Origin: the human T2T-CHM13v2.0 reference genome, Homo sapiens
Direction: 5' to 3' (one strand)
Assembly (NCBI RefSeq): GCF_009914755.1
Contig: NC_060933.1
DNA length: 64,000 nucleotides
Shown: positions 1-18,752 of the stretch, piece by piece
Layout: every line of letters starts with the position of its first letter
Numbering within the stretch: position 1 is the stretch's first letter
Translations under genes and position numbers: made by a program
Notes under the pieces: generated by a model
Databases searched by the model: none
What the model was told of the DNA's origin: nothing
Seen by the model: the letters and a program-made list of their open reading frames with translations, nothing else

Positions 1-516
1 AACTGCTCTGCATGGAACGTAAGGGTAGTCTTTATTGATGATACAGAGGCATTCCCAGGATTACTATACTACTGGGAGACTGGCGGTAGACTGAGATGAG
101 GAGAAATGGAGTGTTCCCCTGGGTGTTAGTGGAGTGGGGCTCTGGATCTGTGATAGGCAGGAACTCGTAAAAGCACTCCTATTGTAGGGAAGCAAATGAG
201 CCCCTGCAAGGCCTCAGGCTGGTTGTGAGGGGATCCAGCACCAGGAGGTGTTCCCTGTGGAAGAGCATGACCAGAGGACCAGAGAAAAGACACACGTGGT
301 GTCCAGTTTTACGGCACCCTGACTGTGTCATTCCTCCTGTTACCCCATTCTTCAGTAAAGCTTTTTTAAATGTACCAGCCCCATCTTGGTTGAGATTTGG
401 GTAATTAATACAGCAACCAGTGTCCACTGTCACTGAATCAACACAAAGACTACCAATGTAGTCTCAAATTGAAGCTGAGTTTATTACGCACCAGGCAAAG
501 GAGAATTAAGTTTCTT

Positions 517-733
517 TCTTTTTCCTTTTTTTTTTTTTTTTGCTGTTTAAATGATTTATTTTATTTTAAAAATCATTTATTTCTTTAAATTTTATTTTAT
601 TTTTTAAGTTCCGGGATATATGTGCAGGATGTGCAGGTTTGTTGCACAGGTAAATGCGTGCCATGGTGGTTTGCTGCACCTGTCAACCCATCACCTATGT
701 ATTAAGCCCTGCATACATTAGCTATTTATCCTA
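517..733 (-). mobile_element. 5'-truncated L1 3' end fragment (older L1PA-type)
   Basis: T-rich tail followed by L1 3'UTR text (GTGCAGGTTTGTT...CCATGGTGGTTTGCTGCACC); TSD-like GAGAATTAAGTTTCTT (501-516) / GACAATCAAGTTTCTT (734-749), 14/16 match. Confidence 0.85.
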
Positions 734-2091
734 GACAATCAAGTTTCTTAAGAAAAGTCAGTGAGTGTTCCCCAAACTGAAAGTGAAAAGAGTAGATACA
801 GTATGGAGAAGGGGAAGTTCTTCCCAAGTTTCTGAATGGTTCAAAATGGATCATAAAACCTCTTTTTACTTTTGTTACTTTTCTGGTTTTGAATCATCAA
901 GATGCAGGTGTGGTTCTCAAACAGGTCCAGAATGGGCTGCATAAGGCTGTAGAGATCTCAGTGTCATGCAGTGGGCAAATGTGAATGGGGATGCCGGAGG
1001 CTTGGTAAAAATTGTTTTAACATTCTTGTTTGGATAAAACAGTGCCCAGGTCATTTATAACAGTCTGAGTTTTAACACAGATAAAAAGTTACTACAGTTA
1101 GAGGCCTGATGTCAGGCCAAGGTGACAAGCAACAACCTGGGTGAATTTTGAAATGTGTAAGGTTCCTGAGAAGTTCCCAGGGTACCCTGGAGAGGCTATC
1201 TTGGTAGAATACTAGTAGCTCAGATGTTGGATATTTGGCTATTAAAGGACTCCTGAGCCCAGAACATCTAGGGCTGTTGGGGTTATATGACTACCATCAC
1301 CCCCAAAATGAAATCGCCTTTCAACTCAGTTGTTCTCTACAACTAGGAATACTGACTCTTACTTTTGTTTCAGTTAAACTCAGGGAAAGCATCACATCAG
1401 AGTTAGAGGTGGGAAATTAGATCTATTCTGCACCGACAATAGCACTCCGCATTACACACCAAAACACACAGATGATAGTTTTGTCTATTTAAGCAATATA
1501 AGGCTCCTACTAATTTTTTTTAGAAATTGTTATCAATTCCTTTTTATGAAAAATTACCACTGAGGTATTGTTCCTTTTTTTCCAGCACAGTTGAAATTGT
1601 ACGTGGTAGGGAAGTTTTTAATTAGTCCATTCTGAGCAGGAACGGTGTGTGCTCACTGCAGTAGGAGCCTAATAAATTACTTCATAATCTCAATTGGAGG
1701 CTTTGTGTCTGAAAATACTCATTAGTTTGCACCAGCAGCCGTCAGCTTCCCATGAAAGGTCTTAGAACCATGCTGCAGTAGGTTTAGATCAAGTTGCTTG
1801 GAGCAGAACTTCTGGGGCGGTGAAAACAAACAGGCCATACAGATCTCAGCTGCAGGGTCTGGGGATAAAACAACTTGGAAACTCCATGTCAGCCCCTTCT
1901 GCCCATGCCACACTTTCCTGCTTACAAAGCTCTTCTTCCACCCCGAAAAAGCTTTTCCATCTTCAAATCATTCCAGTGACCCCCTTTTTTGAAGTGTGGA
2001 TAAATCTAAAGCCTAGGAAATACATGTTGCAGACTAGTGAGAAAATGTTTATACTGTCCTATTTAGACAGACAGATAAATAGAGACAGAGT

Positions 2092-2145
2092 TGGATGGAT
2101 AGATGGATGGATGGATGGATGGATGGATCAGGTGATGGATGGATG
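2092..2145. repeat. (GGAT)n tetranucleotide microsatellite, interrupted
   Basis: Direct reading of tandem GGAT units. Confidence 0.9.
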
Positions 2146-2611
2146 CAAACAAACAGACATTTAAAATGGGAGGGTAAAAATGTTATTAGCCCAGCTGGTA
2201 AAATAATTCCTCTCGGAGGGAACACGGTATGTGGATACGTTGGTAAGTCACCCAGATTAGGTAAGGGTAAGACCCCAAGATGCATGGTCTTATGATAAAA
2301 GATGGTCTCTAAACTGCTAAGGAGAGACAGTCTTGCTGATTTCAAAGTTCTGTAAGTGTCATGTCTTGGCGGTTTGGACGATTGCTGAGGTAGAGCTGTT
2401 CTGCAAAATAAAGGGATGAGAATTTGCAACTAGGAATGGAGGATGCAGGGAGAGAGGTATGAATCAATAAAGTGAGGTTTTGTACACAAGAAAAGAAAGA
2501 TGGAAAATTTCATACCTTAGCAGAGTAGGCAAGCTGAGATGTCTAAGGTGACTTTGAAGTTATTTCCTGTAGGATGTACGTAAGTAAACTCCTCCTTCCA
2601 CCTGCCCTAGA

Positions 2612-3062
2612 AAACTGTTTCCCAGAAGTGGATCCCAAGCCCATGTGCAGGGGGTTTATTAAGGTGTGCTCCCAAGGGAGATGAGTGAAGGAGTGGGGAA
2701 AACAAGACAGAGAAGGATAAAAAGTCAAACAAAAGTTCGATCACAGTCAAGACCTTCGGTCTGATCATATCAGGGAAGTCAAGAGTGTGAGTTACACCTT
2801 AGAGTTGTCCCAACCAGAGGTAAGAGAGCTGGGCTTTCATATAGTCACACTAGCATGGGCCAACGATGAGGAGGGGAGGGGAATAAATTCCTAAGCACTT
2901 CCCGCTCCCTTTTATAGAGGAAAGGGGGCTCCAATGGCCTGAGGGCAGCCCTCTGAAGACGAGTTGCAGATGCTGATTGTGAGAAGCCACACGGGCAGGG
3001 GCAGAGCACAAGACAGTAAAAGTAGAGCTGAGATCTGATACAGCACTGACACTGTCACTATG
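2612..3062 (-). mobile_element. Old ERVL LTR, LTR33-like
   Basis: Resembles remembered LTR33 text (TTTATT...GTGCTC...AGAGTTGTCCCA..GAGG...GCTGGGCTTT); diverged. Confidence 0.5.
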
Positions 3063-3559
3063 AAACCCTCTAACAGAGTGTACATTTGCTCATCAATGCT
3101 TCCGTATGAGTCAGTCCTTCACGGTAATCAAAGAGAAACTGACATATGCATCCAGGTCACATCTGCACGGAGTAAAAGCAGAGCCTGTGCTTCCACATGC
3201 AGAGAATGGAGAACATCTGTCATCTGGGTCCATGTACTTTTGGAACAAACCTCACTCACAAGTACATTGAAATATACTATGTATACTAGCAAGGCTATAC
3301 TGCTGATGCTGCACTGAAATGGAATTTCTGTTATCAAAACTCGATTTCTATATGGGAGGCACATGTATTCACATCTGTGTTCATTTCTGCTAATAAAACG
3401 CCCATGCTCCTCACTGCATCTAACACAGTCGAGCATTCCAGGTCCCCACAATCCAACTCCATTTCTTGAATCAGCTTTTTCTCGGCCAGACTCCTGCCAT
3501 GTGCTGCTCCTCATCCACACGCTGTGTCCTGCACGGTAGCCACCAACTAAACAACATGC

Positions 3560-3735
3560 ACCACACTCAGAGCTAATATGGGTTATGGGTGTCTCTTAAT
3601 CCTAACAATAACTCCATGTCTTAGATGCTATTTTACTTAACAGTTGAGAAAACTGCAGTCTGATGAGGTAAAGTCCAAGTTCTCTAAGTAAGAAGTGGAG
3701 CTGGCATTTGGAGTTAATGCTTTCAGCTGCTGCAC
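3560..3735 (-). mobile_element. MIR SINE fragment
   Basis: Degenerate MIR core (CAGTTGAGAAAACTGCAG...GAGGTAAAGT...CCAAG). Confidence 0.5.
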
Positions 3736-3909
3736 TGCTCTGCCTCCGTGGACACGGTCCCCTCCTTCCAAAACCCCTTCCCCATGTCAGAATGTCAATA
3801 CCCTACCATCATCCAAGGCCTTGTTCAAATGCCATACTCTCCACAAAGCCTTTAAATCAGGCAGAGTTCTTAGAGGAAAGGGACAGAAATCTAACGTATG
3901 TAAAAGAAA

Positions 3910-4225
3910 ATGTATTAGTTTCAGTGGTTGGAAAGAATACTGGGGTGGCCTACATGTTCCGAGGGATGGCTGCGGGAACCCTAGGGATTAATGCAACTAG
4001 AATTTTCTCTCTAACTCTTTCATTTTACATTATCTCCCCCAGCCCAACAGGCTCAGAAGTATAAGACACCCTCCCCCTTCTCTGTCATTGTTCATTTATC
4101 ATCCCAGGAAAGACTCTGATGAGCCCTGTTTGGGTCATGTGCTTATCCCTGCCCTAACCACAGAGCCCAAGGGAATAGAGTATTATCATTAGCCAGGCCA
4201 AGGAGGCTGGATTGTTACACGAGAA
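3910..4225 (-). mobile_element. MLT1-family (MaLR) LTR fragment
   Basis: Starts TGTATTAGTT (reverse complement of the MaLR terminus AACTAATACA); MLT1J-like GGGAAAGACTCTGAT...TTGGGTCATGTGC. Confidence 0.45.
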
Positions 4226-4314
4226 AGCAGGTGGGAGGAAAACATTCCAGGCAGTTCACAGCACTTGCTCCCACAGTTCATTACATTGTCCATGAACACC
4301 CAGATAGAATCACT

Positions 4315-4826
4315 CTGTTCCAGTTTCTCTGCCATAAAGCAACTATTTATTGTGCTCATAGATTCTGTGGATCAGGAATGCGGGTGGGACACAGTGGGGA
4401 TGGCTTGTCCCTGCTCCACAGTGTCTGGGGCCTGAGACAAAAGACTCTAGGCTGAGGCTGGATTCATCTGAAGACTCACTCTCCGTGCCTGGCAGTCGAT
4501 GCTGGCTATCGGCTTGTAGCCTCCGTTCCTTTCCACATGCGCCTCTCCATGTGGTCTCGCTGTACAAGATGGTTGGGCTTTCCCACAGCAAGGTGGCTAC
4601 GTTCTGAGGCTGAACATCTTAAGAGAGAGAGAATGCGTGCCGTGTGAGAACTGTATTGCCTCTTTTAATTTAGCCTTACCAGTTCTGCTGCATTTATTTG
4701 GCTGGAGCTTCCCAAGCCTGCCCAGGTTCAACGGCAGGGGAAATAGATTCCACTTCTTAATGAAGAATGGCAAAGTTCTACAGAAATTTTGCTGTAGACA
4801 TTTTCAGAAAATACAGACTGCCACAC
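4315..4826 (-). mobile_element. MLT1-family LTR (MLT1F/G/H-like)
   Basis: GCTCATAGATTCTGTGGATCAGGAAT...CTGCTCCACAGTGTCTGGGGCCT motifs; ends CTGCCACA. Confidence 0.6.
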
Positions 4827-4840
4827 ATTTTTTCCTATGA

Positions 4841-5316
<476 letters not shown>

Positions 5317-5675
5317 TCTACCAACTATAAATAGCTGTGTGACTATGAGAAAAATTACATAACATTTCTGAGACTGTTTACAAACTGAGAGAGCTTAAGT
5401 TTGTGGTTTCTAAATATTCTGATTTAGCAGCAAACGACAAATCACTTTCTTCAAACCACACCTAATATAGAACCTCGGTATGCAAAACAGACTTTTTAAA
5501 AAGCAACAGCAAAGATGCTATGGTTGAAGCAGGTAGAAGAGGAGTAGAGAGTGACCCACTTCCCTCTCCCTCCCCCTGGCTACGTGGCTGACCCTGAGAC
5601 AGCATCATAAAGATGGTAGTCATCTGCTATTTTTAATCTGTCCAGAATGTCTTTTGATAAGAGAAGGGAACCACT

Positions 5676-5700
5676 ACACACAAACACACACACACACACA
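5676..5700. repeat. (CA)n microsatellite
   Basis: Direct reading. Confidence 0.85.
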
Positions 5701-5858
5701 CTTATAAATTCATATCAAGAACATGGAAGCACATCAAAACCAAAGACAAACCTTGCATTGCAATTAATGTTGACCATGAGATCTGAAGTCTTTGGTAAAG
5801 GTGGTTATTCCAGCATCTCAGGGCCAAGAGGAGTCTTAGTGTTGAGTCACCCAGCTAG

Positions 5859-6373
<515 letters not shown>

Positions 6374-7188
6374 TAAATTGAGGCCCTACCACTTGCAGGA
6401 ATTCCTTTCTCTTTTTCCTGCTGCTTCAACCTGCCTGCAGTCAGACTTCTATGTCACAGTCATATCCAGGAACACAAATAGTGCTTGTTGCCAGAGACCC
6501 AGGATGATAATTTTCCCACACAGAACAAGACAGTTTCCAGGGGGATTGCTCTTAGAAAAATATACCTCAAAGTGAACATGAGGAGGAGGAACTATGAGGC
6601 AAGAGGGGAGCCCAGAGGCTCAGTTTCCCAGGCCCTCTCGCCCTGGTGTAGAGGCCCCTCCTCACTCATGAAAGAGGACCAGGCAGGGTCCAGCACATAG
6701 TAGGCACTTAATAAGAGCCAAGTGAATGAATAAATGGCATGAAACATGCAAGTTTATTCCATTTTAGTGAATTCACATAGGAGTATAATAGTGGAAAATG
6801 GAAAATGGTATTTGATCACCTGTTGTCCCAGAGGGGATGCACTTAAGGATTCAGTAATAACTTTCCAAGTACTGTTTCCTAGATTCTGAGCTCATTAATC
6901 CTTAGAATCAATGAATGTCAGCATTGGAAGGACCTTACATTCAGAAAATCTCTTTCAAATACCTGCAGTTGGCCCTGAAGGTCTCCAAACTGAGCTTTCC
7001 TGAGTGTACTGTGTAATATTAAGAGATAGTATTTGGAGAGAGGACTCCATGGTGAAACACGTTTGGGAAGCCACATAGTAAACAGAGGTAATTAGGTATC
7101 TTTCCTGGACAATGTCTCAAAGTCTTTATTGGCTACTGTTCATTGTAAATCTCCAAGGGACAATACAGTGGACAGTGTTTATCAAACA

Positions 7189-8069
<881 letters not shown>

Positions 8070-8109
8070 TAAGACTCTGTTATAATATGCCAAGTCTCTC
8101 TAAGACATT

Positions 8110-8465
8110 TAATAAAATACAAATTAAAAATACCAGCAGGATTGTTTTAACTAGTCAAGATGATTCTAATGTTTAGATGGAAGAAGCAACAAACAGAAAT
8201 AGTGACGAAATAAAGAAGGGGGGAGCTGTCACCACCAGACGTCAAAACATATTATAAAAATATAAGAACTAAAACTGCATAGTACTGTCACATGGCCAAA
8301 TCAACAGCTCAGTGGGATAGAATATGGATCCAATGTCCAGAAATGGATCCAATATATACAGGCACCTGGAGTCAGGGGGGAAAATATGAGTCATGTAAAT
8401 GCATAGAACTGGGATATGAGTTAGCCACTGAGACAAAAATAAAGTTAGATCCATACTTAACAGCA
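8110..8465 (+). mobile_element. Ancient L1M ORF2 fragment (host element; continues at 9023-9200 and 15239-15515)
   Basis: Degenerate L1 ORF2 3' text that resumes collinearly after the LTR and after the young L1. Confidence 0.6.
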
Positions 8466-9022
8466 TCCATTTTTAGGCTTGACATATTATTTGAAACTAC
8501 TCATACCCAATTACCTTTGGCCTGGTTAAAACTTCCCCTTCCTGTATGGTTGTTTGCGAAATAGCCCACTTGTTCCTCATCTCACCGACCTAAAACTCAA
8601 CACACCCCACAGCTGCTGACCACAATAAATCCCAATGGTCAACACCAGAGTCATGTAAATGAGGTCCCCCTTCCTGTGTGTTTTCTTTAAATTAGCTAAT
8701 CCATAAACGTTGTGGGAAAGCCCAAGGAATAACACCCATGGATATTAATAAAAGCACCCACTCCCTAACCATGGTTGAGCTTCCTAGCACCTGCAGACTC
8801 CTGTAGGCCTCCTGTCAGTGTCTGTGGCCTCTCTGACCTGTGAGTAATACATTTCTTCTCTTTCATGCCCTCTGGCTTTACCTCCTCATTGTGTCTCACC
8901 CAAACCTAACTTTCTCCCTACTCAGGGCTCTCCTAGAGAGTTCTATCCTTGCTTTTAACCACTCTCAAGAGAGTAACTTCAGGACCAAATTATAAAGAAA
9001 CCATAACAATAGAAATCACAAC
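8466..9022 (+). mobile_element. ERVL solo LTR, MER54/MER73/MER74-like
   Basis: 3' terminus GACCAAATTATAAAGAAACCATAACAATAGAAATCACAAC resembles this family; interrupts the L1M. Confidence 0.5.
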
Positions 9023-9200
9023 CACCAGAATAAATTCCAAATGGACAAAAGATGTAAGCATAAAAACTGATATCATAAAAGTACTGGAAGAAATTATGGA
9101 ATAATTGTTTTATAATCTTGGAGGGGGAAAAGCCTAATTGCAATAAAAACCCAGAAACCATAAAAGAAAGGAATGATGAACTTGACTAAGAAAAAAGTCA

Positions 9201-10107
9201 GGGGGAGGAGCCAAGATGGCCGAATAGGAACAGCTCCGGTCTACAGCTCCCAGCGTGAGCGACGCAGAAGACGGGTGATTTCTGCATTTCCATCTGAGGT
9301 ACCAGGTTCATCTTACTAGGGAGTGCCAGACAGTGGGCGCAGGTCAGTGGGTGTGCGCACCGTGCACGAGCCAAAGCAGGGTGAGGCATTGCCTCATTTG
9401 GGAAGCGCAAGGGGTCAGGGAGTTCCCTTTCTGAGTCAAAGAAAGGGGTGACGGACGGCACTTGGAAAATCGGATCACTCCCACCTGAATACTGCGCTTT
9501 TCCAACGGGCTTAAAAAACGGCGCACCAGGAGATTATATCCCGCACCTGGCTCGGAGGGTCCTACGCCCACGGAGTCTCACTGATTGCTAGCACAGCAGT
9601 CTGAGATCAAACGGCAAGGCAGCAGCGAGGCTGGGGGAGGAGCGCCTGCCATTGCCCAGGCTTGATTAGGTAAACAAAGCAGCCGGGAAGCTCGAACTGG
9701 GTGGAGCCCACCACAGCTCAAGGAGGCCTGCCTGCCTCTGTAGGCTCCACCTCTGGGGGCAGGGCACAGACAAACAAAAAGACAGCAGTAACCTCTGCAG
9801 ACTTAAACGTCCCTGTCTGACAGCTTTGAAGAGAGCAGTGGTTCTCCCAGCACGCAGCTGGAGATCTGAGAACGGGCAGACTGCCTCCTCAAGTGGGTCC
9901 CTGACCCCTGACCCCCGAGCAGCCTAACTGGGAGGCACCCCCCAGCAGGGGCACACTGACACCTCACATGGCAGGGTATTCCAACAGACCTGCAGCTGAG
10001 GGTCCTGTCTGTTAGAAGGAAAACTAACAAACAGAAGGGACATCCACACCAAAAACCCATCTGTACCTCACCATCATCAAAGACCAAAAGTAGATAAAAC
10101 CACAAAG
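9201..10107. promoter_or_regulatory. L1 5'UTR internal sense promoter and antisense promoter
   Basis: Intact YY1 motif AAGATGGCC near +13; CpG-rich; established L1 architecture. Confidence 0.85.
9578..9652 (-). pseudogene. L1 ORF0, truncated after 24 codons
   Basis: ATG at 9652 (L1 nt 452) reads MAGAPPPASLLPCRLISDCCASNQ then TGA (9580-9578) where the remembered consensus has CGA. Confidence 0.8.
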
Positions 10108-11124
10108 ATGGGGAAAAAACAGAATAGAAAAACTGGAAACTCTAGAAAGCAGAGCGCCTCTCCTCCTCCAAAGGAACGCAGTTCCTCACCAGCAACGGAA
10201 CAAAGCTGGACGGAGAATGACTTTGACGAACTGAGAGAAGAAGGCTTCAGACGATCAAATAACTCTGAGCTACGGGAGGACATTCAAACCAAAGGCAAAG
10301 AAGTTGAAAACTTTGAAAAAAATTTAGAAGAATACATAACTAGAATAACCAATATAGAGAGGTGCTTAAAGGAGCTGATGGAGCTGAAAACCAAGGCTCG
10401 AGAACTACGTGAAGAATGCAGAAGCCTCAGGAGCCGATGCGATCAACTGGAAGAAAGGGTATCAGCGATGGAAGATGAAATGAATGAAATGAAGCGAGAA
10501 GGGAAGTTTAGAGAAAAAAGAATAAAAAGAAATGAGCAAAGCCTCCAAGAAATATGGGACTATGTGAAAAGACCAAATCTATGTCTGATTGGTGTACCTG
10601 AAAGTGATGGGGAGAATGGAACCAAGTTGGAAAACACTCTGCAGGATATTATCCAGGAGAACTTCCCCAATCTAGCAAGGCAGGCCAATGTTGAGATTCA
10701 GGAAATACAGAGAACGCCACAAAGATACTCCTCGAGAAGAGCAACTCCAAGACACATAATTGTCAGATTCACCAAAGTTGAAATGAAGGAAAAAATGTTA
10801 AGGGCAGCCAGAGAGAAAGGTCGGGTTACCCTCAAAGGGAAGCCCATCAGACTAACAGCGGATCTCTCGGCAGAAACCCTACAAGCCAGAAGAGAGTGGG
10901 GGCCGATATTCAACATTCTTAAAGACAAGAATTTTCAACCCAGAATTTCATGTCCAGCCAAACTAAGCTTCATAAGCGAAGGAGAAATAAAATACTTTAC
11001 AGAGAAGCAAATGCTGAGAGATTTTGTCACCACCAGGCCTGCCCTAAAAGAGCTCCTGAAGGAAGTGCTAAACATGGAAAGGAACAACCGGTACCAGCCG
11101 CTGCAAAATCATGCCAAAATGTAA
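10108..11124 (+). CDS. L1 ORF1p (338 aa RNA-binding chaperone), open frame
   Basis: Full-length MGKKQNRK...QNHAKM; REKG and ARR motifs intact. Confidence 0.95.
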   Translation: MGKKQNRKTGNSRKQSASPPPKERSSSPATEQSWTENDFDELREEGFRRSNNSELREDIQTKGKEVENFEKNLEEYITRITNIERCLKELMELKTKARELREECRSLRSRCDQLEERVSAMEDEMNEMKREGKFREKRIKRNEQSLQEIWDYVKRPNLCLIGVPESDGENGTKLENTLQDIIQENFPNLARQANVEIQEIQRTPQRYSSRRATPRHIIVRFTKVEMKEKMLRAAREKGRVTLKGKPIRLTADLSAETLQARREWGPIFNILKDKNFQPRISCPAKLSFISEGEIKYFTEKQMLRDFVTTRPALKELLKEVLNMERNNRYQPLQNHAKM

Positions 11125-11186
11125 AGACCATCAAGACTAGGAAGAAACTGCATCAACTAACGAGCAAAATAACCAGCTAAATCATC

Positions 11187-15013
<3,827 letters not shown>

Positions 15014-17900
15014 ACAATGAGATCACATGGACACAGGAAGGGGAATATCACACTCCGGGGACTGTTGTGGGGCAGGGGGAGCGGGGAGGGATAGCATTGG
15101 GAGATATACCTAATGCTAGATGACGAGTTAGTGGGTGCAGTGCACCAGCATGGCACATGTATACATATGTAACTAACCTGCACAATGTGCACATGTACCC
15201 TAAAACTTAATGTATAAAAAAAAAAAAGAAAAAAATCAAAGATCTTACATGGCAAAACCCAACATGAATGAAAGCCAACAAAATGGGGAAACAGTTTTTA
15301 TAGCTCATATCACAGAGAAAGGGTAAATTCCTTAGTATAAAAGAACTCCTACTAATCAATAAGAAAAAAAGTCTGAAAATGCAATAGAAAAAAATGAACA
15401 AAAATTATCACTCCACAAGAAATGAAATACAAATGTCTCAAGACATCAGAAAGCATAATCAACTTCATTCATAATAAGAGAGATGCAATTTAAACTATAC
15501 TGAGTTACCACTTATAGTAAGTATGGTTAACTACTACAGGTAGAGGAAAAAGGTAGGAGAACATGAAATAGGCATAAAATATACCTGCAAATTTGCAGGA
15601 AAATGTCAACACTGTTGCTTGTCGGGAAACCGGATGGTTGAGAGACTGAGAAGGAAGGAAAATGTCAGTGTCTTTTTTTTTTTTTTTTTTTTGTACCTTG
15701 AGAATTTTGAATCATGTGAATGACTTTGAAACATGTGGAAAAAATAAATAATATTTAATTTAAAAAATCAATTTTCATTTCACCATTCTACTTTGCTCAG
15801 CTGCAGCTGGCCTCTGCTTTCCTGGCCCCTCTTCAAGAACTGCAAGAGCTTCTCAAAGTCCTCATGACATCCAGAGTGGTTTTGTAGCTCATGAAATGAA
15901 AGTCGTCCTCAGAACATTGCCAAATCGTTTCACATTTTAACGTGATGTTTCTGACAGAGCAGCTGTGGCTTCATTTAGCAGAATATTTGAGCATCTTAGT
16001 CTAAATACAACAGTTGGGCTCCTAGAACAAAAGGTTGTGGGGATGCATGTGTAAAAAGTCTGGAAAAGACTGTTTTTCTCTGTGGCATATACTACATTTC
16101 AGAACTGGAATTTTATTTTTACTTTATTATTCTGATTGGGTTTAACATGATAATATTATAAATAGTATAAGTAATATTTATCCCAATTCCAATACGCAGG
16201 TATATATTTTGCTTTTTGTCTCTTCACTCTTATAAAATTTAATTATTCTCCTTAACAGTACTGGGTGGAGTATAGTAGAACATCAGAGCAAGGAAGAACC
16301 TGAAAGTTCATTTGATGGTATTATTTCTCACAAGAATCTGTTTGCTGGGTATCAAGGGAATACCAGGTGACCTCTTTCCCTCTGTATTTGAATCTATTGT
16401 CTATTTCTCGAAAGACTCAATACAACAATCCATTTCAGGTCCTGAAATGACATGCGGGGCCAGGATGGTTTCTATTAACATATGCAAAGCCCCAGGAGGG
16501 TGGGAAGGAGAACTTGGGAGAACTCAGAACTGCAGAGACCAGCCTGGCTTGAAGAGTCTTAGGAAATACCATGAGATCTTGCCAACATCATAGGAGCAAG
16601 TAATTCTAACTTAGTTCAAATAAACAAAAGTTACAAAGATTTATAATACAGGTTAAGCCCCCTCCACATGGCACAGTGATGTTATAGTTCAACCTTTTCC
16701 TGTTTTAAAAACAGAGGAAAATTCATCCCTTAGTGACCTTTTTTTTTTACCTCCCAGACTAACCCTCTTGAATAACCATAATAATCCTCAACCTTTGATA
16801 AGCATCAAGGAACCAAGGGAGAAAGAAGAATTAAACCTACAAGTATAAGCTTTGCCCCCAGTATGAAAGAGACACAGCCAATCACTCTTCTTGTGGCATC
16901 TCACATCCTGTGCCACTCAGCACCTGCCTTTGATACTAGAAGTGTCCCCAGATGGACCCAGCCTTTCCTGACATTTTGACACATATGAAATATGTCCATA
17001 TCAACCATGGAAGTTCTGCTTTTATTCAATGTTCACATCTGCCATCAATATTATAATTGTTTGAGAAAATAAATAAAACCAGTTTGAAGTCTAATGATCC
17101 AGACTGAACAAGTACTGTAGTGGGAACACAGATTATGAAAGAATGGTCCCATCCACAGCCAGGGACATGTGGGACTTTAGAGGGCTCCAAAAAAGAACTT
17201 TTCCATTCACTCCCTTCTTAAGCCCAAATGAGGTAAAAAGGTCTACTTTGGATTTTATCTGTTATTTCTAAAACCAGCTGAAGAGAGCACAGTTCCTGCA
17301 GGCAGATGTTATTTATTCCTCAATAATCTTTGCAAAGGTAGAGTTCATCATTCTTCTGAGAAAAGCTTGGGAAAGCTCTAGTTGAAGCCCTTAAGTTAGA
17401 ATGAATTCATACCCAAGATTAGGGCCTGAGAATTCCTACGGTACCTGAGTGTCAGGTTCATAGAGGTATTTGCCTACCTCGGGAAATTCCGGGTCCAAAG
17501 GAACTAAAGAAAGCATTACTAACCACACAATATGGGAGCAATGTCTCCGCTTCATTGGCCAAGAAAAGCCTATTCAAGACCTTGAGTTTTTGAAGAAGTA
17601 CAAGGGATATTTTACACAGCTTCAGTCCCAACCACCTCCCTGGGAATCTGTGGACACTATGGATAGTGGTGGTTGGAGTAGAAAGTGAGGCTTAAAATGC
17701 TCCAGGCCTGGTGTGGGAAATACCCAGTCCCCTATCTTCTTTCCTGTTCCCTAATCAAAGAACATCTGTAAACAATCATGCCACTCACAAGTACCCAGAT
17801 GTAACTGCAAAATCCTGCTAAATACAGTGCTCCAGGCACACACAGCAAGTGATTAGGATTAGCCCCAAAATTCAATATATTTCCCAAACTTGCTTTAGAT

Positions 17901-18089
17901 CAGGGTTCCTCGACAGCAGCACTACTACTGTTTTGGACCAGATCATTCTTTCTTGGGGATGGCTGCACGGTGCATTGTAGGTTGTTTAACAGCATCTCCA
18001 GCCTCTACCCATCTAATGCTAGCAGCACCCCCCACTCATTGTGAAAACCAGAAATGTCTCTAGACATTGCCCCCAGTTGAAATATACTG
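17901..18089 (-). mobile_element. MER20 (hAT-Charlie) DNA transposon
   Basis: CAG...CTG termini, MER20 internal text; 8-bp TSD CTTTAGAT/CTTTGGAT. Confidence 0.8.
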
Positions 18090-18504
18090 CTTTGGATAAT
18101 AACAGAAGTCAAGTTACTCCAACCATCAAAACTTAAGAATCACCTGAAATAGAAAGAGTAACACAAATGAAAGTATCTCTGGATGGTCCCCTATTCCGAT
18201 TCTAAAAAGTTTATTGGGAGATACATGTTTATGCAAGGGGCTAATTTAAGTATCAATTACATCTACAATCCCAGCAGCCTTGGATAAAATAGTCTGCTCT
18301 AGAAGCAAGAGAGAGAAATTTGTGGAGACCTGTTATCTTAGGCTGTAATTATAGTTGGGAAACTTCACGTGAAGAATCAGCCACAAGAAAGTATACAGAG
18401 ATAGGGAGGGCTTATGGGGTCTTGCTGGTGGTCCACTTATCACAGAGCTGCCCAGGTTTCTCCCATAATAAAGTCCTGGAAGCTTGGAAGGATAATTATC
18501 AACA

Positions 18505-18752
18505 AAACAGCTTAGCATTTACTGAGCTTTCTATAGGCACAAGGCATTTTACATACAAGTATTTCACTTTTATTATCTTATTTAATCCTCACAAACATCT
18601 TAGGAATTGGATATTATTCTTATTCTCATCATACAGATAAGAAAATGGAGACTCAAAGAGATGAGGTACAAGTTTCCACAGCTAGTGAGTGCCAGTTTCA
18701 AAATATAAATTCCATTGTCCTGGCCGCAAATCTCATATTCTTTCTGCTACAT
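18505..18752 (-). mobile_element. MIR SINE
   Basis: CATTTACTGAGC...TTTAATCCTCACAA...CAGATAAGAAAATGGAGACTCA core. Confidence 0.7.

Noticed and set aside
6975-7188. Possible Charlie4-like hAT fragment
   Set aside because: Resemblance too weak to support from memory; termini not found
15057-15090. G-quadruplex motif
   Set aside because: Standard L1 3'UTR G-rich tract
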